From assembly GCF_001194135.2 (NCBI RefSeq), contig NC_068998.1, positions 50,154,364-50,218,363 of the forward strand: a stretch of 64,000 nucleotides of DNA, given 5' to 3'. Shown piece by piece: positions 1-13,453 of the stretch; within the stretch, counting starts at the first letter, position 1, and every line of letters starts with the position of its first letter. Below the pieces are notes generated by a model. That model saw only the letters and a program-made list of their open reading frames with translations. It was not told where the DNA came from and did not search any database. This DNA comes from Octopus bimaculoides. Taxonomy: Eukaryota. The translations under genes were made by a program, and so were the position numbers.

Positions 1-60
1 CATCACCAGTGATGACCTTCGAAAAAAGAACCGGTTGAATTTCGAAACTGTGTACTAGAA

Positions 61-372
61 TCAAATCTCTCCTTCAAAATTTCCGATCAGTTTTATTAAG
101 GTTCCGGCAGGAATGGAGTTGGGTGCATCCAGTAGACTGCATTTCCACGTTATCTGCAGGTCGGACGTTATTAGTTCTATTACATTTTGGTCCGAGAAGA
201 TCGTCGTTGTCATCATATTATGGATGTGTACCGTGTGATTTGTGAAGCGGAGATCCAGGAAAAGTTTACTCTCTGTCAGGTGGAGCAGTATTTTCTCCAT
301 AAAGTGCCTGTTTGTAAGGTGAAGCCGTAACTCTCGCACTGACATGGAGAAATTGACCTCAGAACATTCCAT
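61..372 (-). mobile_element. Degenerate LINE fragment (C-terminal part of an APE-type endonuclease)
   Basis: The ORF contains LFLDLRFTNHTVHIHNMMTTTIFSDQNVIELI, resembling the LDLxFTN...SDH motif of LINE APE endonucleases (here SDH>SDQ). Confidence 0.45.
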
Positions 373-899
373 ATTATTGATTGAAAAGTCTCTTAGAAAT
401 ATGTGAAGGCTGTCACATATGTTGGTTTACATTTCTTTCATCTTTTTCAAACTCACTTCGAAAGAGTTCTCGTGATTTGGTACATTTGGTGAGTGATATT
501 TTGTATATATTACTATTTTAATGGTAATATATTACAGCAGGTGAAATATATATGATGTCAATAGTGGCTACTTGCCTCATACATTTAGAGGCCTCAGAAG
601 TGATTTCAGTGAATATATTGCTGATTGTAGTGGTCTTCTGTCCTGGGGATGGTTTCTCAGATCCAATGTATGATGAAGTCTATTTAGCTGTCTTCCAATC
701 GTCCGTGCTATTACCGTCGCTGCCTGCATTGCATCTGCATATTCTTTCATTTTAGAAGCAGTGCGTGTGGCAAACATATATTTCCAGTTATAGATGTATG
801 CCAGGCTGCGAGCATGTATTGCTAGAAACATTCCTGTCATGTTATCACCGAATCTACGTTCTCTCATCCTGCTACTTTACCTTTCTCAGTTCTGCTTCG

Positions 900-1875
900 C
901 TGATTCACTAGATGGGTTGTCAGACCCGACAAACGACATTACCTTCACAATACTACCTACCACTTTACACTCATCTCTCCACTCACCACTTCTAATTCTG
1001 TTTCTCTGAAGCTGCTGGTCAGTCACATCCTCACTTTCCCTACACTGCCTCTCCTATTTCTTCTTGCTTTTCTTCTGATGCAACATTGTCCTCCAAACCT
1101 CAACGCCTTATGCCTCCATCCGAATGCATTCTACACTTAAATTTTTGTAATTATGATCTGAGAGTTTAGATGCTAGTCTCTCCACGAAGAAGAGGGAGGA
1201 ACGATTTACGATAATGTTTATATACATGCACTACTAATTGTATAGTCCTCAATGTTTGCACGCGCTATCTGGAAACATTGCAATTACATATTTTTTCAAA
1301 AATCGATGTTAAAGGTTACTTAATATTAATAGTGTGTAATATGTTCTCCAAAACCTGTTATAACTAGTATAAGGAAGTGTAGATACAAAAGCGATATTCA
1401 CAAACCAGTCAACACTGTTGGACACGACGGAAATGGGTGTCGCGCTAATTTTCTTCTTGCACACAAGGTAGTTATTTTATGAAATCTGAAAGCAGGAATA
1501 CCAAATTCTCTTCTTATTATTTTCTAAACATAACATATATAATTGTCAAATAAAAGTATATAAAATTATTAGATGGATGCAGTTGACGGTGATTGCATCC
1601 ATAACCCTTCCGTTCATTTTATTGCTGATACTCTACTCCCTCATCGTCACGACTGACCTATCACAGTTCTACATCCTCCACCATCTCTGATTACCTACAT
1701 GTATTGACAAACCCAACAACGACAAATTCACAATACTATCCATTACATCCCTCTCATGTCATGACTAACCATTTCTAATTCTGTTTCTCTCAATCCCCTG
1801 GTTACTCACCTCCTCGCTCTTCCTACACAGCCTCTCCTTTCTCTTCTAGCATATCCTCTACTGCAACACTCTCCA
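900..1875. repeat. Two diverged copies of a pyrimidine-rich interspersed repeat (about 900-1110 and 1700-1875), possibly Penelope-like
   Basis: Both copies share colinear blocks such as ttcacaatacta, ttctaattctgtttctct, cctacac.gcctctcct and tgcaaca. The family assignment is tentative. Confidence 0.4.
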
Positions 1876-1926
1876 AAAATTTTGAATGTTCGCCTATTAA
1901 AGAAATGTCATTTCGTTTCATTTCAG

Positions 1927-3123
1927 GGGTTTCTTCAAATTTATGAAATGCTTTCAATGGTATGACAGAAAATGTGTCGAGTACTTTGGATACCACTCTC
2001 TGTGCTTGGTAAGGAATTAGTTTTTAATTACATTTTAATAGTAATGAGATATATCTTTAAATTACTTTGTAATGTATATCCCATACTGAGCAGTCATTGA
2101 TATGGTATAGAAAGGAATGCAGCTCCTGACACAACTCCAATCTTACATTAACAGTATTTGCATATATAATAATTTCCCCAAACTGAGAGATCAGTGAATA
2201 TGACAGAGCTCTTTGTTTCAATTAATTAAACGTACATCAACGATACACTAAAATATATATTACTAAGACTATCTTCGATTTAGCACCAACACCATTACAA
2301 AGCTTGCTCAGCCGGAAAGATATAATAGCACAAGTCACAGAAAAACGTTACACTATATGTTTCAGCCAAACAGATGAGGACGCGTATTAACTTAAGTTCA
2401 AAAGGAGTCATATCCGTGACACATCTTACTATTTTCCTCACAAACGAATTTGAGAAGTACATACCAAACATAATATATTAAACTGTGTAACGAGCATAGA
2501 ACGATGAAATGCATGGCTCATTAAGTTTATTTTCAAGACGTTCTATTAAACCTGTGTGTGTTTCAGTCATTCACTTTTAACGTAGTTCCTCTTGCGAATT
2601 TCAGGACGCTATAGACTCAAGTAACCAACTTAAGGTAAGTGATTTGAATGTATCTATTTTATAAATGAAATATTTTACTGGAATAGCCTTGACGCGCTTT
2701 TTTATATTACTACTGAAGTTACCTGATAGAGTGGTGGGTATGTCAAACTTGTTTAATTTATAAATGTTTTACAAAACTACCCTGCAAATATTGTATGTGT
2801 ATTCGGATGTAAGTTTGACTATTTTTGACCCGAGTCACGAAAAATTGCTGCAAATAATAGAGAATATAAAACTAGTCTAAATATTGTTTCCTTCTCTTTC
2901 GTGATTCTACGTAGATGCTTGCGTCTGAAGCTCCGCTATTAATGGCAAATAGCAACTGCCGATATTCAATTCAATAATATGCACTGCAAAATATATAAAT
3001 ATTTTACACGAAATTACTTTAAATATCTAAGAATTATTTACTTTCTTTCCGTTTTCTTTTCAGATGTCCTTTCAAACAGTATTGCCTGCTGCTATTGTGG
3101 TTACATTATTAAAGGAGAACTAA
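1927..3123 (+). CDS. Gene A (3' part only): secreted 6-Cys, putatively GPI-anchored small protein
   Basis: Exon 3 1927-2008 (82 nt, GFFKFMKCFQWYDRKCVEYFGYHSLCL), exon 4 2605-2634 (DAIDSSNQLK), exon 5 3064-3123 (MSFQTVLPAAIVVTLLKEN*). All sites are AG/GT with the same sizes and phases as the paralogs. Exons 1-2 were not found and are probably upstream of the window. Confidence 0.8.
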
Positions 3124-4085
3124 ATAAAAGGAACGTTGCATCCGGATCTGTAATTTTCATTGATGTTATAACCTTATATGACCAATCATCTCATGATAAA
3201 CGAACGATTTAAAAAAAAAAACGATATTTGTGTGACACAGTTTTAAATATCAAAATCTACATATTCAGATTATACTCTTGTTATCTTTATATTGAATTTC
3301 GGTCAGGAATCAATTAATTTGTATCAGTGATAATTTTAATTTTGAGTGCATGTCATTTGGATTGCCATTCCGGTATAATTTTCACTGGACCCGCGTCAGG
3401 AATTATAAGTTGAGTTTGTAATTGCTGAGAGAATCGGAAAATGGGTTTGGTGCAAATCTTTATTCAATGACCCATCCTCCAGCTGACATTTACGGGCAGG
3501 ATATTATGCATTTGTTTGTGTTGCGTCAAGCAGTGCATTCTGTGTCACCGCATGTGTTCAGTAAAAACGATGTCCTACTAAATATTCTGATTTCCTCTGG
3601 GCGTGTTATATTCTCCAGTTATATATGGGTACACTGACGGAGAGTAGAATAATTTTGGGCTTTTCAACTACAAATTGATCTGGCTATATATAAAACATAA
3701 AAATAATAAAGGATAGACATTAAAACATGTTAGAGGTAATGAATTGAATGATAAATGGAAGGATGAGCATACATTCGTTGAAATGCACACATATATAGAC
3801 GTACAAACTCTCAAACACACACACATCTATGCTCCATCGGATTCTTAAGAACTGCAATCTACTGTTAGCTGTAATAGCGACAGCATCAATTTCTTCTATC
3901 TTCTTCCTCTGTTAAAATATTTTAGAAAAATTATATTAATGTGTCCAACGTGTTAAAATTCCATTTATCTATTAATGCACTGTATTGAAATTGATGTAAT
4001 GATTGCATTGTTCAATTAGATAGTGCCACTTGAAACGGTCGTACTGCATCACTACTTGAGATCCTGTTGCTCATTGTGACTTTGA

Positions 4086-4120
<35 letters not shown>

Positions 4121-4314
4121 TAGATAGAAAAATAGATAGATAGATAGATAATAGAAAGAGTGTGTGTGTGTGTGTGTGTGTGTGCGTATGTGCATTCATG
4201 TGTTTCATGTTGATTTGCCAAAGTATTTAGGACGCCTGTGTAAGTTCAAAGATAGTTATTTGTACGCCAGCCTTAGCAAAATCTCATGACCATTGAAGTT
4301 TTGGAGACAGAAAC

Positions 4315-7074
4315 ATGATGAAAATTTCTGCCTTTTGTTTTCTTCTCTTATTTGGTATGTTGTTGTTTGTTGATTTTCTTATTACTTATTGTATGGAAGT
4401 TTTGAATAAAATTGTTTGCATACAAGTACATCTAAATGCCACTGTAGCTACATTTTTTATTATTTATTACTTACAAGTTGACATATTTCTTTGACTATTT
4501 CCTCTCGTGTGCCTTGAATTTGTGAGCGTTTCCTTCACATTGTTGCTTTACTCTCCTCTGCATGACCTGAAACTTTGCTGCATTAATTCCGATTTTATTT
4601 ACATCAAAATTGTACACTTCGCATCCCAATGCTGCAATAACCGTTGTACTCACTAAAAGCTTCTTTAGCCGCAGTTTTCCATCATTCTTCTGCAGGAATC
4701 CATTTTATCCCTCTTTAATGCACTTAAGTTTTCATTCTATCTCACGGGAAGGAGATGTCGAGAATTTGGGTCCCATTTTTTGCCTTCATGACAACTACAA
4801 TGACGGGGCCTATTGACTCTATCATTTTGTCACGTTAAATAGTGACGTCAGACTACAACGTAAATTTCTCATTCTCAAAGACTCGTGGTTTCTCCTCACA
4901 CCATGTAGCTACCCTGGCAAACCTACAATTCTCAGTTAATATCAGTTAATGAGATGTGTGATGAAGGTTTCAAGTACAATTTTTCGAATGCGGGGACCTA
5001 TGAAGAAACCTTTTTTCATTTGCGCTAGACTCAGGGAAGGGAACTCTCCTGCAAGATATGCAAATGCGGAGGATTCCTTGTCCAAGGCTTTCACAAATTG
5101 CTTACACAAACCAAGTTTAATATGCAAAGGTGGTAAAAAAATTCCATCACTTTTCACAAGTGTTTTGCGCATGATGTTGTGTTTTCCTTGCTCAATTTCA
5201 TCTCGAATCAGCTAATTCTGGCGTACAATTTCATCTCGGATCGGCTAATCCTGTTCAGCTCTCGCTCTGGAATACCATAAGCACAGGAAGCAGCAATATT
5301 TAGAATAGATCGCTGAAGGCCAGTAAGCATGGCCACAACCTTAAAATCTGCAGAAATATACCAGGTGTGGGCTTCATACTGCTGAGTGCTCTACTGGGCG
5401 CAAATTTGGGTAAAAAAATGTGTTTCTTTTTCTTTGCTGTAGTACAGCCTGTAAAGTCATGGTGACAGAAATAGCAATCATTAGAGTGATCTTTCTGCTC
5501 ACGCCAAATAATTGGCACACCAAACTTCACGTGGACATTTTTTCCTGCATACCTGGGACTCAATGTCTTTACACATGTAAGGCAACAGACATGAGGAACC
5601 CATGACTTTTCCTGCGCTTTTCTTTAGCAAAAGTCAGTTCCCCACAGATATAACAGGATCTGTTTGGATCATTTTTGCACTGCCGTGCACTCATTGTTGA
5701 AAACAGATAAGATCTGAAAGATAAAAAATAACATGAAACACAAGCTTTGAAGTATTAAGTATTTAGTGATAAATTCAATGAAATATAAGCACACAATAAT
5801 AAACCAGAAAATAGGATTTTAGGGGGAGAATCTCACAAATTCCATTTTACATGTAAATTAGGGATTTTTCAAACTCAAGCAAATGACAAATCCTGGAGGC
5901 AATGTAAGCCTTATACACAAACAAATTTATTGGATAACACTCGTAAAATAACTTTGGCCCTCGTGTTGCTATTCCAATATTAGAGTTACGTATATCTTAT
6001 GAGCTAACAAAACCAATAAGAAAATAAAGCAAGAAATGAATATAAACTGACGACGCCCTACACTCGTCAAATTCAAGAACAACAAAATCAGCTGTTAAGC
6101 CCATGGCTGGGTGGACGGCATCGGCTGATTTGTCGTAGTCTTTCTTTTTCAATATTACATTCTTGAACTTTCATAACAAAACCAATGTCAAATATTAAAC
6201 CAGAAATAATTATATACTGATGATATGATACGCTCAATGAGGAAGAAATAAAGTTCTCTGCATGACGCTTCGATATAAAATGACAACCTTTCACAAACTT
6301 CTTGGAACACCAGGATAAGCTTACACATTATGTCTTCATTTACGTCTTTTTTTAGCGACATATGACGTAGTTCAACTACTTGGATCATGTCTCTGACACT
6401 GTATGCACACTGTCTTATTATTATATATGAAAAAGCATTATATTCTAGAACATACAAGAAAATATCAGAATCCCACCTTCCGTTTGTTACGATCACACTT
6501 GTTTTTGTTTACTGAATGTAAGCGCTAATATGTAGAAAACGTGCATTGTTAATCATAGAATATGGAATAAGTCTCTTAACCGTAACTGCTATTTGTCATA
6601 TCACGTTGTAGGTGTTATTAAGACTGGTCTCTAGGCCTGGGTTGAAACTCATTTTACAATGCGGTAGAGAATGCCTTACATGCCGTGAAGTATTTAATGC
6701 AATACAAACTACATGTGTCACACAATTCAAATGAGCGAATATTTAAGAGTCGGTGTCGGGGGAGATATTATATGAACGCAGATTAAATTTAATTAAATAT
6801 GAATATAATTATTTTCATAATCTACTTCACATTGTAATTTAAATAAAGTATGTGTTGCCGTAAATCTTGTAAGCAATGATACTGCAAATATTCCTTTTAT
6901 AGGGGAAGGCACCTCCAAATTGTGTGATACACTGGGACAGTCATTTTGTCCACTGGAATATAAAGGTTTTCGGGATCCTGACCCCGGTTGTGTGTATGTA
7001 TTATCGTCTTTCTACGTTTAAATATTGAATTATTCCACGTGTATAAAATTCATCTTTACACAAAGAGTCTTATG

Positions 7075-7113
<39 letters not shown>

Positions 7114-7491
7114 NNNNNNNNNNNNNNNNNNNNNNNNNNNNNNNNNNNNNNNNNNNNNNNNNNNNNNNNNNNNNNNNNNNNNNNNNNNNNNNNNNNNNNN
7201 NNNNNNNNNNNNNNNNNNNNNNNNNNNNNNNNNNNNNNNNNNNNNNNNNNNNNNNNNNNNNNNNNNNNNNNNNNNNNNNNNNNNNNNNNNNNNNNNNNNN
7301 NNNNNNNNNNNNNNNNNNNNNNNNNNNNNNNNNNNNNNNNNNNNNNNNNNNNNNNNNNNNNNNNNNNNNNNNNNNNNNNNNNNNNNNNNNNNNNNNNNNN
7401 NNNNNNNNNNNNNNNNNNNNNNNNNNNNNNNNNNNNNNNNNNNNNNNNNNNNNNNNNNNNNNNNNNNNNNNNNNNNNNNNNNNNNNNNNNN

Positions 7492-7525
<34 letters not shown>

Positions 7526-10478
7526 ATTATTATTTTAGAATAATTTATCCACCTGATTTTAATGCATGTTGGGAACTTGATATCATTTACATGATTTTAT
7601 CCTTGTTCATATAAATATATATGTGTATATATTCTTTGCATCAATGCTTCCCTATATGTTTACGTATACAAAACGTATCCAAAATGTATCCTAAATTATG
7701 CTAATTTTGCTTTCTCACAAAAATTAGTTACGTTATAAAGATTATATGCTGCCAACTTCTCTTCGTCTTATTTTCAAGAAATGACATTTATAATTAGTAA
7801 ATGTTGCAAGAAGTTTCAATGCTCACCTTTCAATAAAAATATTCATTATTTCCTTTTATCGCAGGGGCCTTTTGCATTTTCTCAGATGCTTTAAGGAGAT
7901 AGACAAAAAATGTTATAAATACTTCTCATACGTGCCTTCGTGCTGGGTAAGGAATTAATTTTAAATTCTTCATTTAATGTTAATATTTTATATCAATGAA
8001 ACAGATCAGAATGCGTTTAGCTTATGTTCAGAAGCCGTCATACCCGTGTCACACTTTACTCTTTTCGTCACAAAATGACAGAAGCAGTAAATGCAGCTTT
8101 GGTGCATCGGTTATATGGCATCAAATCCTAATACCGGAAGGTACAGAGTATTTTCATTTGAAATTTTATAATTGAAATTCTCAGATTTGATTGGGTGTTC
8201 CGGAATTTACAAAAGGTCACATGATTGCTTTCATGATATTTCGAGAAGTTTCATGTACTATATGGTGATTGATAAAATAGATTTCAAAATATAAATTGTA
8301 TTGGGAGAAGAAATGTTTAGCGAAAATAACGTTTAAAATATATAAAATATTTTCCTCTCTGGTATGGCATTGAGTAACAACTTAAAAGGTACACTAACAT
8401 TGTCTCTCTAAGTATTCCTATTTGAGAAATCAAGAAAGCATCAGAAAGATTCTGTAACATTTTTAAATGCCTGTTTGTTAGATGTTTAACTGCCTGTTTG
8501 CTATACTAATTAGTAGTTGTAATTTGCATAGTCGCAGTATTTTGGTGACGGTAACAATAGTATATGAAAATTCAATCTTAATTTTAACAAGAACTAATAA
8601 CACATAATATATCATTGAAAAGGGTATAACGTGCATTGAGTGATGAAAATTATACCCACCAAATTACCATTATGTTCAGGACAATATAATAAATCCGAAT
8701 TTGCTTCAGTCATTTGCTTCTGACGTAGACTCTCTTGCAAATTTCAGTACGAGTATAACATAAATGATCCACGAAAGGTAAGTGATTTCAAAGTACATAC
8801 CACATTAACGAAATGTTTTTACTTTAATACCGTTCACATCGTTATCAGATTACTACTGTAATTACCAGATATAGCGGCGTGTATGACACGCGTCTTTTAT
8901 TTATAAATAAATTACAAAATTGTCCCACGTGTAATGAGAATGAGATAGCTGACGGAAAGGAGACCGAATATTTGTGTCTAGAGACCCGGAAAATTTCTAC
9001 AAAAATTAAGCATTTAAAACAAGTCGAAATATCATTGTCTCTTACCAGAAACTTTGGAGGAAGAACTAAAGCTGCACCGGCTGTCATATGAAGAAGTTAC
9101 ATCATCTCATTATACCTTCTTTTTCAACATATATGACCTACATTTCAAAAACTCATGTCATATTGAATTGCTTCTTAAGAAATGTCTAATAAGTGTGGCA
9201 ATGTGTAGATAACTTGTAAAATATAATTATAATATAACATACCCAATTGCAGTATTATTATAATAGCAGCAGAAACGTAGTTTAGACACCAATTCAACAA
9301 AAATGAAATACTACGGTGATACACATTGACATTGATAACAATTTATCAAAATATAATGAAATGAGGGCATTTTCTTTCATTCTGGTTTCATTGCTAATGA
9401 CATTTCACTCAGTAATCCATATTGCTATTGTGATTACATTATTAATGTTAAATAATTAAAGCGAACGTATTACACAGTCTTCAAAAACAATATTTTGAAA
9501 TATTTCCCTTTGTGGTTTGGCATTCAATACGAACTAAATGTTTATTACAAAAAAAAAAAAAGAAAAAAAATGAAAAACATACCCTCATCCTGTCTCTCTG
9601 ATTATTCTTGATTATCTTTAGTATTAGTCGTCGAAAATGAAAATGCAAGAAAGATTCCGTATTATCTTATTAGTGTGCTTATGTTAAATGGATTATACAT
9701 ATTAATAGCATGATATATTCCAGTGTCGACCACAGTAGAAGACGAAGTTTAATTCTTAATTTTAACAAGAAATGATCGCACTTAATATATCATTGAACGC
9801 TGAAAAACGTGAGTTAAATGATGGAAATTATGCCTAGTGCATTAGGATTATTTTCAAGACATTATATCAAATCCGAATCTGTTTCAGTCATTCACTTTTA
9901 ACATAGAGTCTCTCGCTAATTTCAGAACAGTGGAAACTCAAGTAAACAAGAAATGGTAAGTGATTTCAATGTACCTACTGCATAAATGAAACAGTTTGAC
10001 AGTAATAGACTTGACAATTTTTTCATTTTACTATTGAAGTTACCGGATGTGGCAGCGTGTATGACGCGCGCGGTTTTTGCCCTACCAATAGTGAGAGAGC
10101 AGATTGACAAGAGGCCAAATCTTTTTGTCTAAAGACCCGGAGAATTGCTGCAAATAATAAAGATTTTAAAAGTAGTTGAGATATCACTTCCTCTTACTGA
10201 AGAAGTTTGAAGAAATAACTCAAGGTACATCTGGAGTTATTTGGAAGTTTTACACCATCTCATTACACCTTTTTTCCAACATATATCACCTACATCTGAA
10301 AACTTTATTTGTTATTGAATTACCGGTTAAGAAATATCTTGTAAATGTGGCAATTTTTAGAACACTTTTAATGTAGAAGTAAGCTTTATTTATCTTTGCC
10401 TTTCTGTTATCTTTATAGATGTATTTTCAACTAGCATTCCATACTGCTATTGTGGTTACATTTATAATGGATTACTAA
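4315..10478 (+). CDS. Gene B: secreted 6-Cys, putatively GPI-anchored protein (100 or 110 aa) with a duplicated exon 4
   Basis: Exons 4315-4354, 6903-6993, 7865-7946, [4a 8748-8777], 4b 9926-9955, 5b 10419-10478. Translation: MMKISAFCFLLLFGEGTSKLCDTLGQSFCPLEYKGFRDPDPGCVGLLHFLRCFKEIDKKCYKYFSYVPSCW[YEYNINDPRK]NSGNSSKQEMMYFQLAFHTAIVVTFIMDY*. Canonical GT-AG, in frame. Confidence 0.85.
4780..5700 (-). mobile_element. Degenerate DNA transposase fragments, Chapaev3/CMC-like, in gene B intron 1
   Basis: ORFs contain VPIIWREQKDHSNDCYFC and FLPPLHIKLGLCKQFVKAL, motifs I recognise from Chapaev3-type transposases; the frame is broken. Confidence 0.7.
9397..9459 (+). pseudogene. Gene B exon 5a: duplicated terminal exon lacking its splice acceptor
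   Basis: MTFHSVIHIAIVITLLMLNN* is homologous to the other exon 5s but is preceded by ...ttcattgcta instead of ...YAG. Confidence 0.7.
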
Positions 10479-10665
10479 ATAAAGAGATCTGCCTGCTTCA
10501 TTCTCCAATTTCCATTGATATCATAAAGTTATATGTTCGAAATGTGTCATGATAAAGGAAAGAGTTAAAAAAACATGAAGCGACTGGTTAAAAATAAAAT
10601 TTCTACGTCTTCAAATTATATCGTTGTTGACGACGTTTTCAATTTCAACCAGGAAATACTACACA

Positions 10666-10713
<48 letters not shown>

Positions 10714-10969
10714 AACATGCACACTCACACATACACACACACAGACGCGCAAGAACACGCTTACATACTCACACATGCACACACACACGCACATAGATAT
10801 AGAGAAGAAGAATGTTTATAATTATGAACAAGTCACAATTATAACTGAGAGGTGTTCGTAACCCTTACATTTTTAGAAATAACAGTCAAACGCTATGAAG
10901 CCATTTAATTCACTCATATAATATAAAAGCTATCTGCTGGCGACATGATAAATAGAGTTGACAACTTAA

Positions 10970-11185
10970 AGATAGCTGGTTAATTCCCTCTCGCAATGTC
11001 GACGTTAGTGACATATTAAGGGATACATTCGTCTCTTCAGGGGAATATTCCTGTAGATAGACATCCAAACAAGTTCGATAAAATAAGTACTAAGCTAACA
11101 AAGAATAAGTGCAGGTGTCGATTTTTTTTTCACTAAAAGTGATACTCCAGCTTTGCCGCAGTCAAATGACTGAAACAAATAATAT
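10970..11185 (+). mobile_element. Degenerate tRNA-derived SINE
   Basis: The 3' tail motif gaataagtgcaggtgtcgat...ctccagctttgccgcagtcaaatgactgaaacaa is typical of this SINE family. Confidence 0.45.
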
Positions 11186-11188
11186 ACA

Positions 11189-11225
<37 letters not shown>

Positions 11226-11757
11226 TTATTTGTTTTGCAAGATTTTTGATGTGAAATCGTGTGTTGAAACAGATGTTGTACTTGGGGATGGTCATATTGC
11301 CAACAAAATTTAATTAAACACAAAAAAAACACACACATGAACAAATAAATAAATAAAAACAAATACAAACGAACACGTATTAACAGAGAATATAGGTGAT
11401 ACAGACACTCCCCATACACACATGCACTTACAAAAGACACAGACACATTGAAGGACACGCATGCGTAGACACATACAATAGGAATACAAAATACAAAATG
11501 GCTGATAGTTAGCAAGGTGAGACANNNNNNNNNNNNNNNNNNNNNNNNNNNNNNNNNNNNNNNNNNNNNNNNNNNNNNNNNNNNNNNNNNNNNNNNNNNN
11601 NNNNNNNNNNNNNNNNNNNNNNNNNNNNNNNNNNNNNNNNNNNNNNNNNNNNNNNNNNNNNNNNNNNNNNNNNNNNNNNNNNNNNNNNNNNNNNNNNNNN
11701 NNNNNNNNNNNNNNNNNNNNNNNNNNNNNNNNNNNNNNNNNNNNNNNNNNNNCATAC

Positions 11758-11803
<46 letters not shown>

Positions 11804-13316
11804 AACTTCTTGCAGATAGACTGAGAGAATTTTTACGATGCATGAAACTGATTACAAATACTAAAATAATAGATGTTGACAGATGTAATTTTAATGTAAT
11901 ATTTATTTCCACGAAAACATTTATCATTCAATATGGTAATTATTGTGTCAACGTGGGAGCGAAAATTGCTTGCAGCTGCCACAAAGTACGCCCCATCAAA
12001 AGTAATCAAGTTCTTGGATGTTAGTGGGCGAGAGAGTGGCCCAAACAAAAAATGGTACCAAGAGAGCTGCGATAAGCAAAATAAGAGCATAACGGAACCC
12101 TTTATTATTCTGTGGAAGTGATCTAGTAGGTATGCCGATCTTCTGCAGAGCGTTCGTCTTGAGCTATTAGGAATACTTTTCATACGAATGGCCCGCAAAT
12201 ACGGTAAAACTAACAGTATATTAAGCAATAAAGCTTCGCAACATAGACGGCTTTAAAACTCTGACACATATAGAAAATACGGGGATGGTGTGCTATGATA
12301 TATGCATAACACATCCAAGTTCTGCTAACTTTTAATAACTGTGGTCTGTATAACTCACCAAATTGATCGCTACTGCCTTCCTTCGACGCACATGTCGTTG
12401 CGGCGAAAAATCAGAATAACTTACTGCAACAGGATAGCGTTTAAATGCACAAAACATTTCAATGTTTTTTGAAAGATACTGCAAAACTGACACGGAATAA
12501 ATACAAATTTACTGTGTAAGAAGTTAATTATATTTTTGTGTGCAATTCCAGACTTACCTAAGCCACAGCAAAAAACTCAACTTGGAAATCAAATGAAATT
12601 TCCAAGAATAAAAACCTGAATCATGACAGAAAGCCGTTGCCCACTGGACATTTTTACTCTACAAAAAGCCGTTGCCCACTGGACATTTTTACCCACGCAC
12701 GTCATACGTCTAGGTTATGAGGAATGTCTTCAAGAGACATCTAACGTCTTTGGTGAGTTGATCTAGATGCGTTTTGTTTGGACAATCTGCTCCTGTACAG
12801 CCATGCGTTGTCTACCATATGAGTAGTAAGTCACTATTTCTTGTTTACCTCGCCTGCGATGTCCCGCAAAGCGCAAATGCATTTTTTATAATGGTGGTAA
12901 AAGGAGAGAGGGTGATTTCCTTACATGTGTTTCATGCACAGTTGGATTCACCAAGACATGTTTAAGACAGCTCTCTACATTAGACTGTAAGTCTCATCTA
13001 TCTTGGATTCCAGATCTAGAAACAGTAATAATTGCATAACCGATGCCTGAACTTAAACCTAAGACTGCAAAATATAAATGAGTAAAAGAATGAAATATTA
13101 TGTGCATGTATGAGTGTTTATGCACACCAGCTGCATTTTCATTCAAACGGTGCATGCGTATACTTCTATTTTCTAATTAATTGCCATAAAACAATCAACT
13201 TGCATATGGCACTACTGAAAGTCTTTCTCTGTACTAACATCAGTTCCCTTTCTTCTATAGTGCAAGCAAAATAAAATATGTATATAAGATATAGAATAAT
13301 TCAAACAATAGGATAA

Positions 13317-13384
13317 GCAACATCTGTTACTTATTATATGCGCAACATCTGTTACTTATTATATGCGCAACATATGTTACTTAT
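13317..13384 (+). promoter_or_regulatory. Triplicated 25-bp unit carrying E-boxes upstream of gene C
   Basis: gcaacatctgttacttattatatgc x2 followed by gcaacatatgttacttat. The third copy has CATATG 83 bp upstream of ATG 13454, and the same motif precedes six other copies. Confidence 0.5.
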
Positions 13385-13453
13385 CTGTTTAAAATAGCAT
13401 ACCCACTAGTGAGCTGCTTCTTAAAACATCTAAACTGAAGCGAGAAAACCAAG

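Noticed and set aside
415-494. CATATG followed by ...tttg|gtgagt as a possible exon 1 of gene A
   Set aside because: The phase-1 frame has a TGA and no ATG at the expected position, and the E-box-to-donor distance (about 73 nt) is far shorter than the ~120-137 nt in paralogs.
9361-9459. 32-aa hydrophobic mini-ORF MRAFSFILVSLLMTFHSV... that looks like a signal peptide
   Set aside because: It is explained by the polypyrimidine tract of the duplicated exon 5a read in frame; there is no promoter or other evidence.
11833-12228. 131-aa minus-strand ORF
   Set aside because: It has no recognisable motif, no paralog in the array and no splice support; probably chance or TE debris.
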